This document shows, piece by piece, positions 40,501 to 49,379 of a DNA stretch of 49,379 bases (positions are counted from its first letter, which is position 1; every line of letters begins with the position of its first letter). A program made the translations under genes and the position numbers. The stretch covers positions 4,865,111 through 4,914,489 of the forward strand of contig MU058824.1 of the NCBI GenBank assembly GCA_013265495.1. Direction: 5' to 3'. This DNA is from Vicugna vicugna. Taxonomy: Eukaryota. The notes below the pieces were generated by a model. It was given only the letters and a program-made list of their open reading frames with translations, ran no database searches and was not told the origin of the DNA.

Positions 40501-43500
40501 TACCTTCCCACACTCCTCCAGCAAAGCGGAAATGAGATGATCCGTCTCTCTCTCCCAACTTGTGCCTACCCTGCCCTACTTCCTTGCCCTGTGCTTTGGT
40601 TCTAAACCATTCTCCTCCCTCAGCACTCCTGTGTGTTACCTTTCTGTCAGGGAGGTTGGACAAGAAGGAGGAACGGGTTACAGCAGAGGTTAAGGTGAAA
40701 AGTCAAGTCTGTGGCCTTTTATGGTCAAGCTGAACTGTGGCCATCATGCAGCCATGATGAGGGAGCACCCCTTCCTTGGTATTCAGCAACCTGGTCTCCT
40801 TCCACTTGAAAAAGCTTCCTTCACCCTGCTTATCCTGACTACAGCTACTCTAGGAAACTGGCCTGAGACTCCAGCCATCCATTTGCCTATTATCTAAAGC
40901 GAGAAGACCTCTCAGTTTAAGGAGGAGAAGGACTAATTACATCCTGACCCTAGAGAGGTTGATAAAATGCTCTGTGGGAAAGGCCCTAAAAGGCAGTACC
41001 TGTAGGAAAAGCAAAATGAGGAAATACGCATTTGCAAGTCTCTGGAACTGTTCAAATAGGTTCATAGGCAAGAAGTTTAAGGCATTATATTTTGAGGTCT
41101 TGATGCTATTGTTCTGTGAGTAAAAGAAAACAAGCACAATTAGAGGAACAAAAGACCCTATCCCTCCCAGTCTTAACACAGAGGACGAAGACCACTTCAA
41201 AAACTAGGAAAAAGCCACAGCTCCTCGACATAGCAGGGGAAGGAGGCAAGAAGTGTTTGTCTCCCAACCCCGTTTTCTTTGAGGCCTAGAGAGGCCTAGA
41301 GTATCCATAGATGGCAAGGATGATCAATATGGGACATTTTTAGGATGGGCTGGATATATTTATGCCCTGAATAGAATTCTTTGTTTATTGATGCCATTAA
41401 TAATGATGATGATAATAAAATTAACAATAAAAAGTTATACCTATTGAATATTTACTATGTGTAAGGGACTATTCTAAACATTTTATATGGCACAACTTAT
41501 TTAATTCTCACAACTGTCTGAAGGGAGTACTATACGATCAACTTTTGAGGATGAAGAAATTGAGGCACTGAGGTTAATTTATTTGCTCAAGACCACACAG
41601 TTACTTGCAGATTGTGCTATCCCCCGAGCCCCAGTTCACTTGTGCAGCCATCCAAATGCTTTCTTTCCTTAGAATCAGAAACCTTTCAGTTTCATTTCAC
41701 TTTCTGACCCAAAGTCCTTCTCAGCTCTAAAGAGCAGGAAGGTTGTCATTTGTGTTAGCGCTACTCCAGAGCTTGCTAATGAAGCTTGTCTTTGCCTTGC
41801 AAGCCCAGCTTGGTGTGCCTTTACATGTTGCTTTCAATGCTGAAGGATGTCAGATGCCAAAAGCAAATTACTGTCTTTCAGCCTTAGCCCACTGAAGGTT
41901 CCTACACTGGTTGCTGTCAGCACTGGAGAATCACTTGCCCCTTAATTGTCCTGAGAGAGTCTGAAGAGTTTTGACCTACAGCTAAGCTATCATTTTATTG
42001 AGTGAAAACAGGAACTTGCTACCTCTTCAGTTCTATCTCAAGATGTTGGCAGGACCATCTCATTTTCTACTTTTGGATCTTCAGTCTTTTGACCTAAGAT
42101 GTGACAGTTTGAATCTAAGAGCTCAAGAAGAATGAGACCAAATAATTCCCTAAGGATAGGGCTTCTCCTCCACCTCTACATCTAGACGGCCAAACAAAAG
42201 AGTAAACCCACCTGCAGTCCTGGAAGACGGATACTGCTTAAGTATGAAGAATCTTGCTGGGCCCTACCTTGGGAAAACATCTGAATCTTTCTCTTGGAGA
42301 ACCAACACCATTCTGTCCTAAGGTTAAAACTTGCTGAGGAAGGCTACCTAGTCAAGACCTGCCTAAGGCCTATCTCCCTAGGGAAAAGAAGTTAGCCAAA
42401 CAGCTTAGCACTTAGGAGTTTAGAGGTCAAATTAAACCTACGATTTCCTTGGTGTTTCTCCATGATTTTCCAATTAATAATCAAACACTATACATTTCTC
42501 AAGGCTTGCTTTGTTCACAGCTCCATGCTGGGATATACAAGTAGAGGTTGAAAAAGAATTAAACAAGATCTCTCTTGGAGAGCTCACAGGTCTGTCTTGA
42601 ATGGAGTTCTAACTAAATGACCCCTAAGGGCCCTTTGAGCTCTTGAGAGTAGGTTATTCTAACATAGAAATGGTTTTCTTTGATCATAAGATACTCTAAA
42701 TTTCTCAGTATCTAAGACAACTTTGATACTTAGACCCAAAGATTGTTTGGTCTTTTTCCTTACTGAAGCAGCTGGCTTTCACCATTGATTTTCCATTTGA
42801 TTTTATAGTTAATTAGTGCACTTCACATTTCTACTCACTTGGGTAGCTGATTCTGTCTCAAGACAGACATATCAGTACTTCTTTACTAACTTGGCAACTA
42901 CAGTGTTTTGTCCTACTCCTAAATATCAAACCAGAAGCAGTATCTCAGGAATGTAGAACGTCTGCTTAACTATGAAATTCCTCAGTGTTTAGCTATTTTG
43001 GCAGAGATGAAAAAATTTAAGCATGATAGAGGTGGTAGATTTTGGTTTGGGCTATTTATTTATTTGGGCAGTGATGACTAAGTGGGAGAATAGATAGTTT
43101 TACTGCACCATAGTGCTTCTTATGCAGGTCTAGAAGGTAGAGAGAGGGAAACCTGTTTCAATGGCCATATCCTAAACATTGTTATTATCCAGAACCAATT
43201 TAACTCAGAAATCATACACTAATATCCTACAGAGACTACAAATATGTACATCTATGTATATATATGATATACTTATAGGACTATGTATATATATCTACAT
43301 GTGTACAAAATAACATATATATATATATATAAAATTGCTTGTAATTGAAAATATTGGAAACAATCCAGATGTCAATTTATAAGGAACTGGTTACATAAAC
43401 TATGTTAAATCTGCCTAGGAAACACTATACAGTCAAAAAAAGAAAAGAAGGAAAAAGCTAGTATGAAATTATGATTATGAAAACATCTCCAGGACATACT

Positions 43501-44659
43501 GTTAAGGTTCGGATAGTGTAAGAAAGTGGGCAAATGAGAATGTATACTGGTATTTGCTTTATTTCAACAAAGAAGCACTGATGAACACATAAGAAATTAA
43601 TAAAAGTGATTCCCTATACAGAGCAGAGATTGGGCAAGGATGGGGTGTTGGAGCATGGCTTTTAAACATACATCTTTTTATGAGTTACTTATTAATAAAT
43701 AAATAAATAAATAAGTGAAAAATGAACAATTCAATAGAAGACGGGCAAAGATCATTAACAGTAGTTTCCATAAAAAGAAATACAAAGGCTAATTAACACA
43801 AAAAGATTATTGATCTTACTCAAAATTAAGGAAAGACAGATAACAATATGTCATTTTTCATCTAAGAGCCTGGCAAAGATGAAAAAAGACTGATAATACC
43901 AAGTTTGGCAGGAATATGGAGAAGTGAGCAGTCTTTACTATATGTGGAGATATAAATGGATATAATCTTTTTAGAGGGCAATCTGGCAAAATGTGCTGAA
44001 AATTTTAATGTGTTTTCCTTTTGACCCAGCCAATTCACTTCTAGGAAACTCTCATAAGGTATACTCACACAAATGTGCCAAAGTATATATAAAATGGTGT
44101 TCATTCAGGACCATTTATCATAGCAAAACAGTGGAGACATTTTTTTTGGAGGGGGCTCCTGGATATAAATAGAGACATTTAAAATGTTTATCAATAAGAG
44201 ACTGGTTAAATAAATTAAGGTATATTGATACAACAGAAAATTATACTGCTATTAAATGAATTAGGAAGATCTATACGTACTGTCATAGACAGAGATGTCT
44301 AAGTGAAAAAGAAAACTGTGGAACCATGCTTTAATCTGTGCAAGCTACAGTATTTCTTTTCTAGGAACTATATATAAAACCCAAAATTTGAGATACATTC
44401 TCCCCTGACCCTAGGTTACTGGATTAATTTTAGTTTCTGAGCCTCACTGTACCAGCCCTCATTGTACAGAAGCTGGAAAGAAAGTAGAACCTATGTTGGA
44501 GGGTCTACATCTGGAAAGAATTTCCTGCCTCACTGACAGCGGGGAATATTACAGGAGAATATCAGCCCACTTTTGAAACAGCTGGAGACCTGATACTCAC
44601 CGGATATCCAAACAGACTGTTAAATTCCCTGTTGTTGGCTTGCAGATATCTCTCTTGTT
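6607..44659 (-). CDS. ATP8B5: P4-ATPase phospholipid flippase ATP8B5/FetA; spliced CDS of 26 exons, 5' end (start exon) not found in window
   Basis: 26 exons join in frame (3461 nt) with GT-AG boundaries (one GC-AG). Motifs [61 protein letters not shown]. Exon pattern is typical of ATP8B genes. Sequence recalls mouse Atp8b5/FetA rather than ATP8B1-4 (recognition, not a search). Confidence 0.9.
6895..7025 (-). CDS. ATP8B5: exon Y (131 nt): [13 protein letters not shown]...WPVSVDK (TM10)
   Basis: ttacag acceptor, AAG|gtgagt donor. Confidence 0.95.
7809..7947 (-). CDS. ATP8B5: exon X (139 nt): IALETTYWT...PNVFQLL
   Basis: ttttcag acceptor, G|gtaaga donor. Confidence 0.95.
8121..8366 (-). CDS. 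ATP8B5: exon W (246 nt): [14 protein letters not shown]...VVTMQ
   Basis: ttccag acceptor, CAG|gtgtgg donor. Confidence 0.95.
9695..9778 (-). CDS. ATP8B5: exon V (84 nt): [28 protein letters not shown]
   Basis: ttccag acceptor, CAG|gtaaga donor. Confidence 0.96.
11092..11315 (-). CDS. ATP8B5: exon U (224 nt): [12 protein letters not shown]...FYKNF...GFSAQ
   Basis: tttgcag acceptor, CAG|gtgaga donor; HGRWSY and FYKN motifs. Confidence 0.96.
12762..12945 (-). CDS. ATP8B5: exon T (184 nt): AHALEG...[10 protein letters not shown]...[13 protein letters not shown] donor
   Basis: ctgcag acceptor; the frame requires the AAAG|gcatgt donor. Confidence 0.92.
13502..13649 (-). CDS. ATP8B5: exon S (148 nt): SAREKMKPQ...GLVINGYSL
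   Basis: tttcag acceptor, CTG|gtgggc donor. Confidence 0.93.
14018..14123 (-). CDS. ATP8B5: exon R (106 nt): [13 protein letters not shown]...WQEL
   Basis: ctttag acceptor, AG|gtatga donor. Confidence 0.95.
14612..14723 (-). CDS. ATP8B5: exon Q (112 nt): [19 protein letters not shown]...WVLTGDKQ
   Basis: ttccaag acceptor, G|gtaaag donor; EDKLQ and TGDK motifs. Confidence 0.95.
15104..15268 (-). CDS. ATP8B5: exon P (165 nt): [10 protein letters not shown]...EIEKDLM
   Basis: ttccag acceptor, ATG|gttagt donor; GLRTL motif. Confidence 0.95.
15616..15900 (-). mobile_element. LINE-1 ORF2 3' fragment (MIR remnant adjacent at ~15510-15615)
   Basis: tatacctaggagtggaactgttggg...ttttcatgtgcttattggcc is characteristic of antisense L1. 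Confidence 0.8.
16251..16366 (-). CDS. ATP8B5: exon O (116 nt): [16 protein letters not shown]...EHLD
   Basis: ccttag acceptor, GAT|gtaagt donor; KGAD motif. Confidence 0.95.
17085..17273 (-). CDS. ATP8B5: exon N (189 nt): [14 protein letters not shown]...RKRMSVI
   Basis: gccag acceptor, G|gtgggt donor; N-domain motifs. Confidence 0.97.
17550..17720. mobile_element. MER5-type hAT-Charlie DNA transposon remnant
   Basis: ttgttaaaaatgcaggttcctgggccctccccaaacttactgaacccagaatc...ttttaacagatctcc. Confidence 0.7.
17800..18200. mobile_element. MARNA-like mariner remnant
   Basis: ctttgaaactctcaccctgggaagcta...tttttggaaatcc with a partly inverted counterpart ccaaatatgtttcaagtaacagcagc. Confidence 0.5.
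18245..18450 (+). mobile_element. MIR SINE
   Basis: agtcacttaatctc...ctataaaactagg...gttgtgaagatt. Confidence 0.65.
19043..19208 (-). CDS. ATP8B5: exon M (166 nt): [10 protein letters not shown]...[13 protein letters not shown]
   Basis: ttctag acceptor, G|gtgagg donor; LCHTV motif. Confidence 0.95.
20480..21600 (-). mobile_element. LINE-2 fragments
   Basis: ggaagaccagttagaaggctatt...; degenerate purine-rich L2 antisense sequence. Confidence 0.5.
22220..23180 (+). mobile_element. old LINE-1 (L1ME-like) fragments
   Basis: A-rich ORF2 3'/3'UTR-like sequence (aaaagggcaaagaatatgaaaaggcacttcaca; tggaggacaatatggcaata). Confidence 0.65.
23383..23426 (-). CDS. ATP8B5: exon L (44 nt): [15 protein letters not shown]
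   Basis: cccacag acceptor, GAG|gtgcgt donor; restores the frame between exons K and M. Confidence 0.9.
23480..24043 (-). mobile_element. LINE-1 3' end (L1MA/L1MB-like)
   Basis: antisense L1 3'UTR (acattcacaatgttgtgcaac..., cattcatctgttgatggacac); degenerate TSD tttaaagaagggttt/tttaaaggaggattt. Confidence 0.8.
24565..24740 (-). mobile_element. short LINE-1 3' end
   Basis: ggtgaaattcacataacatacaattaaccatttt...catttagtgcattcacag. Confidence 0.65.
25318..25526 (-). CDS. ATP8B5: exon K (209 nt): phosphorylation site SDKTGTLT
   Basis: ccttag acceptor, G|gtatgc donor; [17 protein letters not shown]. Confidence 0.97.
26340..26915 (+). mobile_element. LINE-2 3' part
   Basis: taggataaaacccaaactccctggcatggcattcaagg...ggcacacagtaggtgttcaataaatattta. 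Confidence 0.7.
27632..27828 (-). CDS. ATP8B5: exon J (197 nt): TM3-TM4, [10 protein letters not shown]...[10 protein letters not shown]
   Basis: ttctag acceptor, AG|gtgggc donor; PISL motif. Confidence 0.95.
28040..28250 (-). mobile_element. MIR SINE
   Basis: tgccaggaactgtgctaagtactttatg...agataaggaac. Confidence 0.6.
28255..28847 (+). mobile_element. MaLR (MLT1-int-like) internal sequence
   Basis: begins agtgaggtgctgc...aaaatacacatgtggcattggcttag, typical of the MLT internal 5' region. Confidence 0.5.
28848..29079 (+). mobile_element. internal LINE-1 ORF2 (reverse transcriptase N-terminal) fragment
   Basis: translates to [44 protein letters not shown], matching the L1 RT YRPISL region. 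Confidence 0.85.
30231..30287 (-). mobile_element. extremely truncated LINE-1 3' end (57 bp)
   Basis: reverse complement cacaacattgtaaaatgattataaatcaataaaaaatgtc(A)n; perfect 14-bp TSD taagtgaagaaatt. Confidence 0.75.
31000..31088 (-). CDS. ATP8B5: exon I (89 nt): [29 protein letters not shown]
   Basis: cttag acceptor, TGG|gtaagt donor. Confidence 0.95.
31549..31693 (-). mobile_element. Vic-1-type camelid tRNA-derived SINE
   Basis: minus strand reads GGGTATGACTCAGTGGTGGAGC...GGGTTCGATCCCCAGCACCTCC (A and B boxes) with an (AAAT)n tail; 22-bp TSD at 31527-31548/31694-31715 with 3 mismatches. Confidence 0.85.
33362..33520 (-). CDS. ATP8B5: exon H (159 nt): EVRCESPNN...[18 protein letters not shown]
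   Basis: ttttcag acceptor, G|gtacgt donor. Confidence 0.95.
33870..34240 (-). mobile_element. L1ME-like 3' fragment ending close to the exon G donor
   Basis: ccactatacaaatgtaccaaactttatttaaccagatctctactgat resembles the antisense L1ME 3'UTR. Confidence 0.55.
34263..34345 (-). CDS. ATP8B5: exon G (83 nt): [27 protein letters not shown]
   Basis: ctctag acceptor, G|gtaagt donor. Confidence 0.95.
35363..35433 (-). CDS. ATP8B5: exon F (71 nt): [24 protein letters not shown]
   Basis: cgcag acceptor, GG|gtgagt donor; start of A-domain DGET motif. Confidence 0.95.
35778..35850 (-). CDS. ATP8B5: exon E (73 nt): [24 protein letters not shown]
   Basis: tacag acceptor, ACG|gtgagt donor; W..IQVGDII motif. 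Confidence 0.95.
36070..36440 (-). mobile_element. L1ME-like 3' fragment interrupted by a ~70-bp insert
   Basis: aagtaatatatgcatatggtaaaa...ttctgcactttgcatttttcatttaataatatatctt. Confidence 0.55.
37043..37541 (+). mobile_element. 5'-truncated LINE-1 (ORF2 end + 3'UTR), AT-rich tail
   Basis: typical L1 3' sequence (atgctaagtgaaataagtcag..., gtggttaccagtgggg); 16-bp TSD at 37027-37042/37542-37557 at a TT|AAAA site. Confidence 0.85.
38424..38485 (-). CDS. ATP8B5: exon D (62 nt): [20 protein letters not shown]
   Basis: ttttag acceptor, AG|gtaagt donor. Confidence 0.95.
40085..40183 (-). CDS. ATP8B5: exon C (99 nt): [33 protein letters not shown] (TM2)
   Basis: cccag acceptor, ATG|gtgaag donor; in frame. 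Confidence 0.95.
41000..41113 (-). CDS. ATP8B5: exon B (114 nt): NNSIKTSKY...FLILLFLQ (TM1)
   Basis: cag acceptor, CAG|gtactg donor; [19 protein letters not shown] motif. Confidence 0.95.
41400..41600 (-). mobile_element. MIR SINE
   Basis: tatttaattctcacaac...gatgaagaaattgaggcac...tttgctcaagaccacacag. Confidence 0.65.
43330..44330 (+). mobile_element. old LINE-1 (L1MC/L1ME-like) fragments
   Basis: ttggaaacaatccagatgtc; ttttagagggcaatctggca; ttttgacccagccaattcacttctagg. Confidence 0.65.
44601..44659 (-). CDS. ATP8B5: exon A (59 nt): (E)[19 protein letters not shown]
   Basis: ttttcag acceptor, CCG|gtgagt donor; begins mid-codon, so needs an upstream exon. Confidence 0.9.
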
Positions 44660-47104
44660 CTGAAAAAGAGGAGAGAAATGATGAAAAGTATGCCCCTCTA
44701 TAAATCAGCCTGGGATGCTGGCTGCTAGTGAAGACTGCACTAGATCCTCATACCTTCTCACTGAGGATATCGGTCCACAAAGAGGATTTTGTCTCTTTAC
44801 CCAAAGAATCAAGAAAAACAGTAAAAATAGAAACCCTCAAGTATTCAAGCTTTCTGAAGGCAAGAGGACAAGTAACTTCTGAGGAGTTCTCCACCAGAAA
44901 TGCTTCTAGTAATCCTAGATCACATTTCTACAGACAACAGGATGGCCTGCACCAACATGACTGCCAAACACAGAAACCCAGCCCTCCTTCATAAGCTAAT
45001 TATAGCACCTTATTTTAAGATATCTGAGGTTCTTTCCAAGGCAGCCTTTCCTAAACCTGCTTGACTAAATTTGAGTTAATAAATCATTACTGAGCATCTA
45101 CTGCTTAGAAACCAGTGTGCTGGTTGCTGTGGGAGGATAAAAAGATGAGTAAGGTAGGGTCCTGACTTCAAGGGACTTGTAATTTAGTAGAGTCAGCCTC
45201 ATAACTACAACACAGGACAAAATCATCACATCAAAACTTATAGGTGTTATGAACTATTACAAATAGCCCATTACCATGTTATGAAAAGTCTTAAAAATAT
45301 ATACTATCAATAGATCTTGTCCTGAATGAAAAATTTCTATAGCCTCTTCAATTCTTCATTGGTTCAATAAGCATTTATTGAGTTCTTGGGAGGTGTCGGG
45401 CCCTGTGATATGAACATTCATGTATAAGTTTTTGTGTGGATGTTTCTTCCATCAGGCAGTGCTTGAAGTTCAGAGATGTGCACAAATTGCAGGAAAGGTG
45501 CAAAGGGGATGTTTAGCTCTTTGTATGCAAGGATTTGAGTATACAGATTTGGAAATTACACAGATTAATTTGGAGAGAGTTAACATTTTCACAGTATTAG
45601 TCCCCCATCCAGTAGCATGCTATATCCCTGGAGAGAGAGAGAATTGTTGGTGTGCCCCCAGGAAGCCACTTCTTTCTGCATGATGATCGTGTCCGTACAA
45701 TCACCTTGCTAGCAATACATAAACAAGTGGCTCTAAGTCCTGCCTGGGCTAGTGTACCACCCAGCTATGTAGCTTGAAGTTTGTTCTCCTGGACTAGTGC
45801 ATTTCTTTCCTGTTGTTTCATTCCTGTGATTATCAGGATTAGCTGAATAAAGATGGGGGAAGTTAAGATGGGACTGAGAGGATGTTTTGCTGTACTCTGC
45901 TTTGACTAGTTAATGGCTTATTTACAACTTTGTGACACAAGAGCTTCTGCTAACCATTGTAGGTCAGGTTATCCCAAGTGGTGGAACATGTATGGCTCAG
46001 ATAATCTAGCTGCATCTAGGATTTAGAGCTGCTGCGGGGCCTATGCTCTTTGTGCAGGGACTTTCTCAGGGGCCTAGACGGCTGCCTGATTAGGGCAGAG
46101 TACCAGGGCAGTACTGGTGCTTCTACTGGTGTTGAGATTACCCAATCCATGAGCAGGCTACTTTTCTACTACATTCATATTCAATTTTCTCAGGTGCTGG
46201 TGAGTGAAATCAGTCTCTCTTATGCCATTTGCCCCTTCAATCATACCCAACAGACAAGGACAGCCTTTCCATTTATTCAAAAATATTATTTTATGACTCT
46301 TGATAAAGTTCTAGTATTTTCTTATTGAATTTCATATTTCCTATTTAATTTCATCCTAGATATCACTGACTATTTTTTAACTTAATAAAAGTCTAACAGG
46401 TTTTCCCAGCAACTGGTCTGGGTGCAACAGGCTATTCTCTCTAAGCCCACCAGCCCCAAAAGATGCATGGAGTTGAGGCTCTGCACAACAACTGAATACA
46501 TACCTCCCTCCTTGAGCTTAGGAGTGAAATAAAGCAGGTAGACCCCAAAGATCAGAGCCTGAGTTGCTGGAGACAGACTGAGACTTCAAAGTGCGGGACA
46601 GGATTAACCTGCACCTAGCTCTGGCTCTTTGATCCCAGGTCTGTCATGAAAGAAAAGGAAAGAAAAAAGAAAGTAGGATTTTCATCAGGAAGGGAAGAGG
46701 AATTGAGGGCTAGAAAGTCAGATTTCATTAGATGCCTCTAAAAAAGGAAAAGCAAGAATAATGAGAAAAGTGGTTAAAACTTCAGTTTGCACAACCATTT
46801 AGAAGAAGAAACTAACAGTCTGAGAGAAAAAGAAGACAAGCTTAAAAAGAAAGTAGCTAGTCCTGTTTGAGATAATAAAGGCAGAAAAAATAGTTTTTTG
46901 ACTAGACAATACAAAATTAATTCAAGATTCCCTAGGGCTTATGAATACTGTTGAATACTGGAATGACGAAGTGTTTTCCCCATTACTTGGTAATTCAAAG
47001 TTTTTTCCTGTTTGGCTGAAACGAGAGTGACAAAATGTGAATTACGGATAAGAGGTTAGAACTATAGAAGATTGGAAATTAGCCTACACAAGGAGAGTCT
47101 AGGA

Positions 47105-47353
47105 AATGGTCTAGTTGAAGTAGTCATGCTTATGGAATTTAAGGGGACAAACACCTAGATCTAGCCTCAGGTGACTGGGGAAAATGCATCCTTGATTGAG
47201 TCTACAGCCTATTTAGTAAAGGCCTAGTAAATAATGGTCTAGTTGAAGTAGTCATGCTTATGGAATTTAAGGGGACAAACACCTAGATCTAGCCTCAGGT
47301 GACTGGGGAAAATGCATCCTTGATTGAGTCTACAGCCTATTTAGTAAAGGCCT
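47105..47353. repeat. perfect 121-bp tandem duplication with a 7-bp spacer
   Basis: 47105-47225 is identical to 47233-47353; spacer agtaaat. Confidence 0.95.
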
Positions 47354-47499
47354 GGTTTCACAAGGACTTGTGCTGAGAGCTGGCCTAGGGGTGGTAAAAA
47401 TCATTGAATCGAAAGGGCCAGATATCTTAGTGAAGTTCCACAACACAACTTGGTATTATAAAATGTGCAGTGGACTTAGAGTTAAAAATATGGCAGGCT

Positions 47500-47870
47500 C
47501 CTGCAGTGGTTAAGAACATGGGAACTATGTTCAATATTTTGTGATAACCTATATAGAAAATAATCTGAAAAAAAATATATAACTGAATCACTTTGCTGTA
47601 CACCAAAGCTAATACAACATTGTAAATCAACTATATTTTAATTAAAAAAAAGGAATATGAACAATTGAGTCAGCCTGCCATGGTTCAAATCTCAATCTTT
47701 CACTTAACTGCTTTGGAATGTTACTTACTTTATGAGACTAATTTTCTTCATCTGTAAAATGAATGATAATAATACCTACTCGAAAGGTTATTGTTAGAAT
47801 TAATAAGCTAAGGCATGCAAAACATTTAAAAACAATTACCAGTATATGAAAAGTGCTCAGAAAATTTTAG
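47500..47870 (+). mobile_element. MIR interrupted by a short L1 3' end (~47521-47651)
   Basis: MIR core ttcttcatctgtaaaatgaatgataataatacctac; L1 tail actgaatcactttgctgtacacc...aacattgtaaatcaactata. Confidence 0.7.
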
Positions 47871-49379
47871 CTATTCTAGACTGGGCTCTGTGACTGAATT
47901 GTTAAGTGGCTTAGGGCAAGTTACTTTCCATTTTTGGGCTTTAGTCTCCTCATATGTAAAACGGGGTAGTAATATCTACCTCATATGCTAACATGAAGGT
48001 TAAATGAGATAGTAATCTACATAATACCTGACATGTCAAAAATACTCATTAAATGGTATTTTTTGTCCTTTATCTTATGCTATGTCAAGGAGATTTCATA
48101 AGCACCACTGATACAGTTGTCTGTGCTCAAAGTCGATTTTGAACTTTCGGCTATCTCCTGTGGATGTACTAAGCTGATTCAGCCAGTAGAGAAGAAAGGG
48201 TACACAAGACACAGTCTAGTAAGGCAAACTCTACTTAGTCTTTTGGTAGGATGGTAATAGAACAGAAGTGTCAAAATAGGAGAAGCCTTTGTTTAAGGAT
48301 GTCCTTAAGAGTTTTGATCCAAATGCCAGGGTAAAAAACAGCTCTTATGCAATCTTGATGTAATCCAACTTCAGGTTTTAGGAGTTAAAGCTACAGAAAA
48401 CTGGAGATTAGCCCAGAAAAGGAAATGGCAGAAGGTAAAAGGAAAATGAATTCTGTAAGAGGGAACTAGAGAAAGTGGCACATTGAAAGAAAAGGAAACA
48501 GGAGGAAGAGGGAAGGAGAGAGAAAAAGGATAGCAGATAGCAGTCAGGCTTGGGAGGCTCTGAGCAAATATCTCCTTGCTCCTAGTGGGAAATCAATCAG
48601 AAACAGGATTTTCCAACCAAAGACAGAAGAGCAGTGAGATGATCTTCAGGAGTGCAAGTCTCTAACTAGTAGATTAGTCAAGGCCCCCTCTCCTTATACC
48701 ACCAGACTCCCAGATCAGGTGAACCCAGGTACTGGTGACAGAAACAGCAGTAACCCCTTGCTGTCATTCTAGATCAATAGGTGGTTTCTCCCACGTCACT
48801 TAATGCACGTGGCTGAAACTTTCCCACCTCTAAAAATAAGTGAAGAGAGGTACCAGGGGAGGATAACTGACCTGACTAATTCCATAATTTCTGGAATTTC
48901 TCATCAGATTGGTTGGAGTCAATTTACAGAGAAATACTGGAATTTCTTAGATTCCGAATGATCACAATTTATACTACCATAGTCAAATAGCATAATCTGG
49001 AATATTATGGCTATCAGTTAATTTAGTTAACCATATGGCTTCAGTCTCGGGAACACAAGAACATTTGTATTTCATCTCTCCAGACTGCATTTCTAAGATA
49101 TCTGGAGTACAGCCACCTGATGATATTTCCATCTAAAGAATGGTAAGAAGAAAGCTAAATGACATAGCTGAGAGTCATCATGGGAGAGTCTGTGGTCCTG
49201 CAGAAGAGGCAGTAACTAATTTGCTTTCTCATCACCATTTCATTACATATTTCTGTTTCAGTCTATCCACTGCTATGTCTCATGGTTTACATTCAGCTCA
49301 ATTATCATACTTATGATACCATCTTCTCTCACTAAACAAAGAGCTCCTTAAAGATACAGATCATGCCTTTTTTCTTTTT

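Noticed and set aside
47105..47353. CRISPR-like or satellite array
   Set aside because: Only two long copies with one 7-nt spacer, in eukaryotic DNA
49030..49132. Candidate first exon on the minus strand (ctttag ATGGAAATATCA...)
   Set aside because: Resembles a degenerate L2 segment, has no strong donor, and its ATG sits directly at an acceptor; unsupported without transcripts
1..49379. A novel multi-gene biological system
   Set aside because: The window is explained by one spliced flippase gene plus ordinary mammalian repeats; I found no second gene, RNA gene or unexplained periodic structure

Overview
Mammalian genomic DNA, almost certainly camelid, judged by a Vic-1-type tRNA-derived SINE at ~31.55-31.69 kb. 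One minus-strand gene dominates the window: a P4-ATPase phospholipid flippase of the ATP8B subfamily, best matching ATP8B5/FetA (testis-expressed in mouse, pseudogene ATP8B5P in human). I traced 26 coding exons by hand from 44659 down to a TAG stop at 6607. They total 3461 nt (about 1153 aa), stay in frame at every junction, and retain the DGET, PISL, DKTGT, KGAD, TGDK, GDGAND and C-terminal AYAFS motifs. The ATG-bearing first exon is not identifiable and probably lies beyond the right edge. The rest is intronic or 3' flanking DNA full of interspersed repeats (L1, L2, MIR, MaLR, MER5, MARNA). I see no CRISPR array, RNA gene or convincingly novel multi-gene system. The most interesting details are: an obligatory GC-AG intron with a competing frameshifting GT 4 nt away; strong splice signals downstream of the stop codon (possible 3'UTR introns/NMD); a perfect 121-bp tandem duplication with a 7-nt templated junction; and a ~70-bp copy-paste from 1.5 kb away. 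Repeat family names and boundaries come from recognition, not a database search, and are approximate unless target-site duplications (TSDs) are given.
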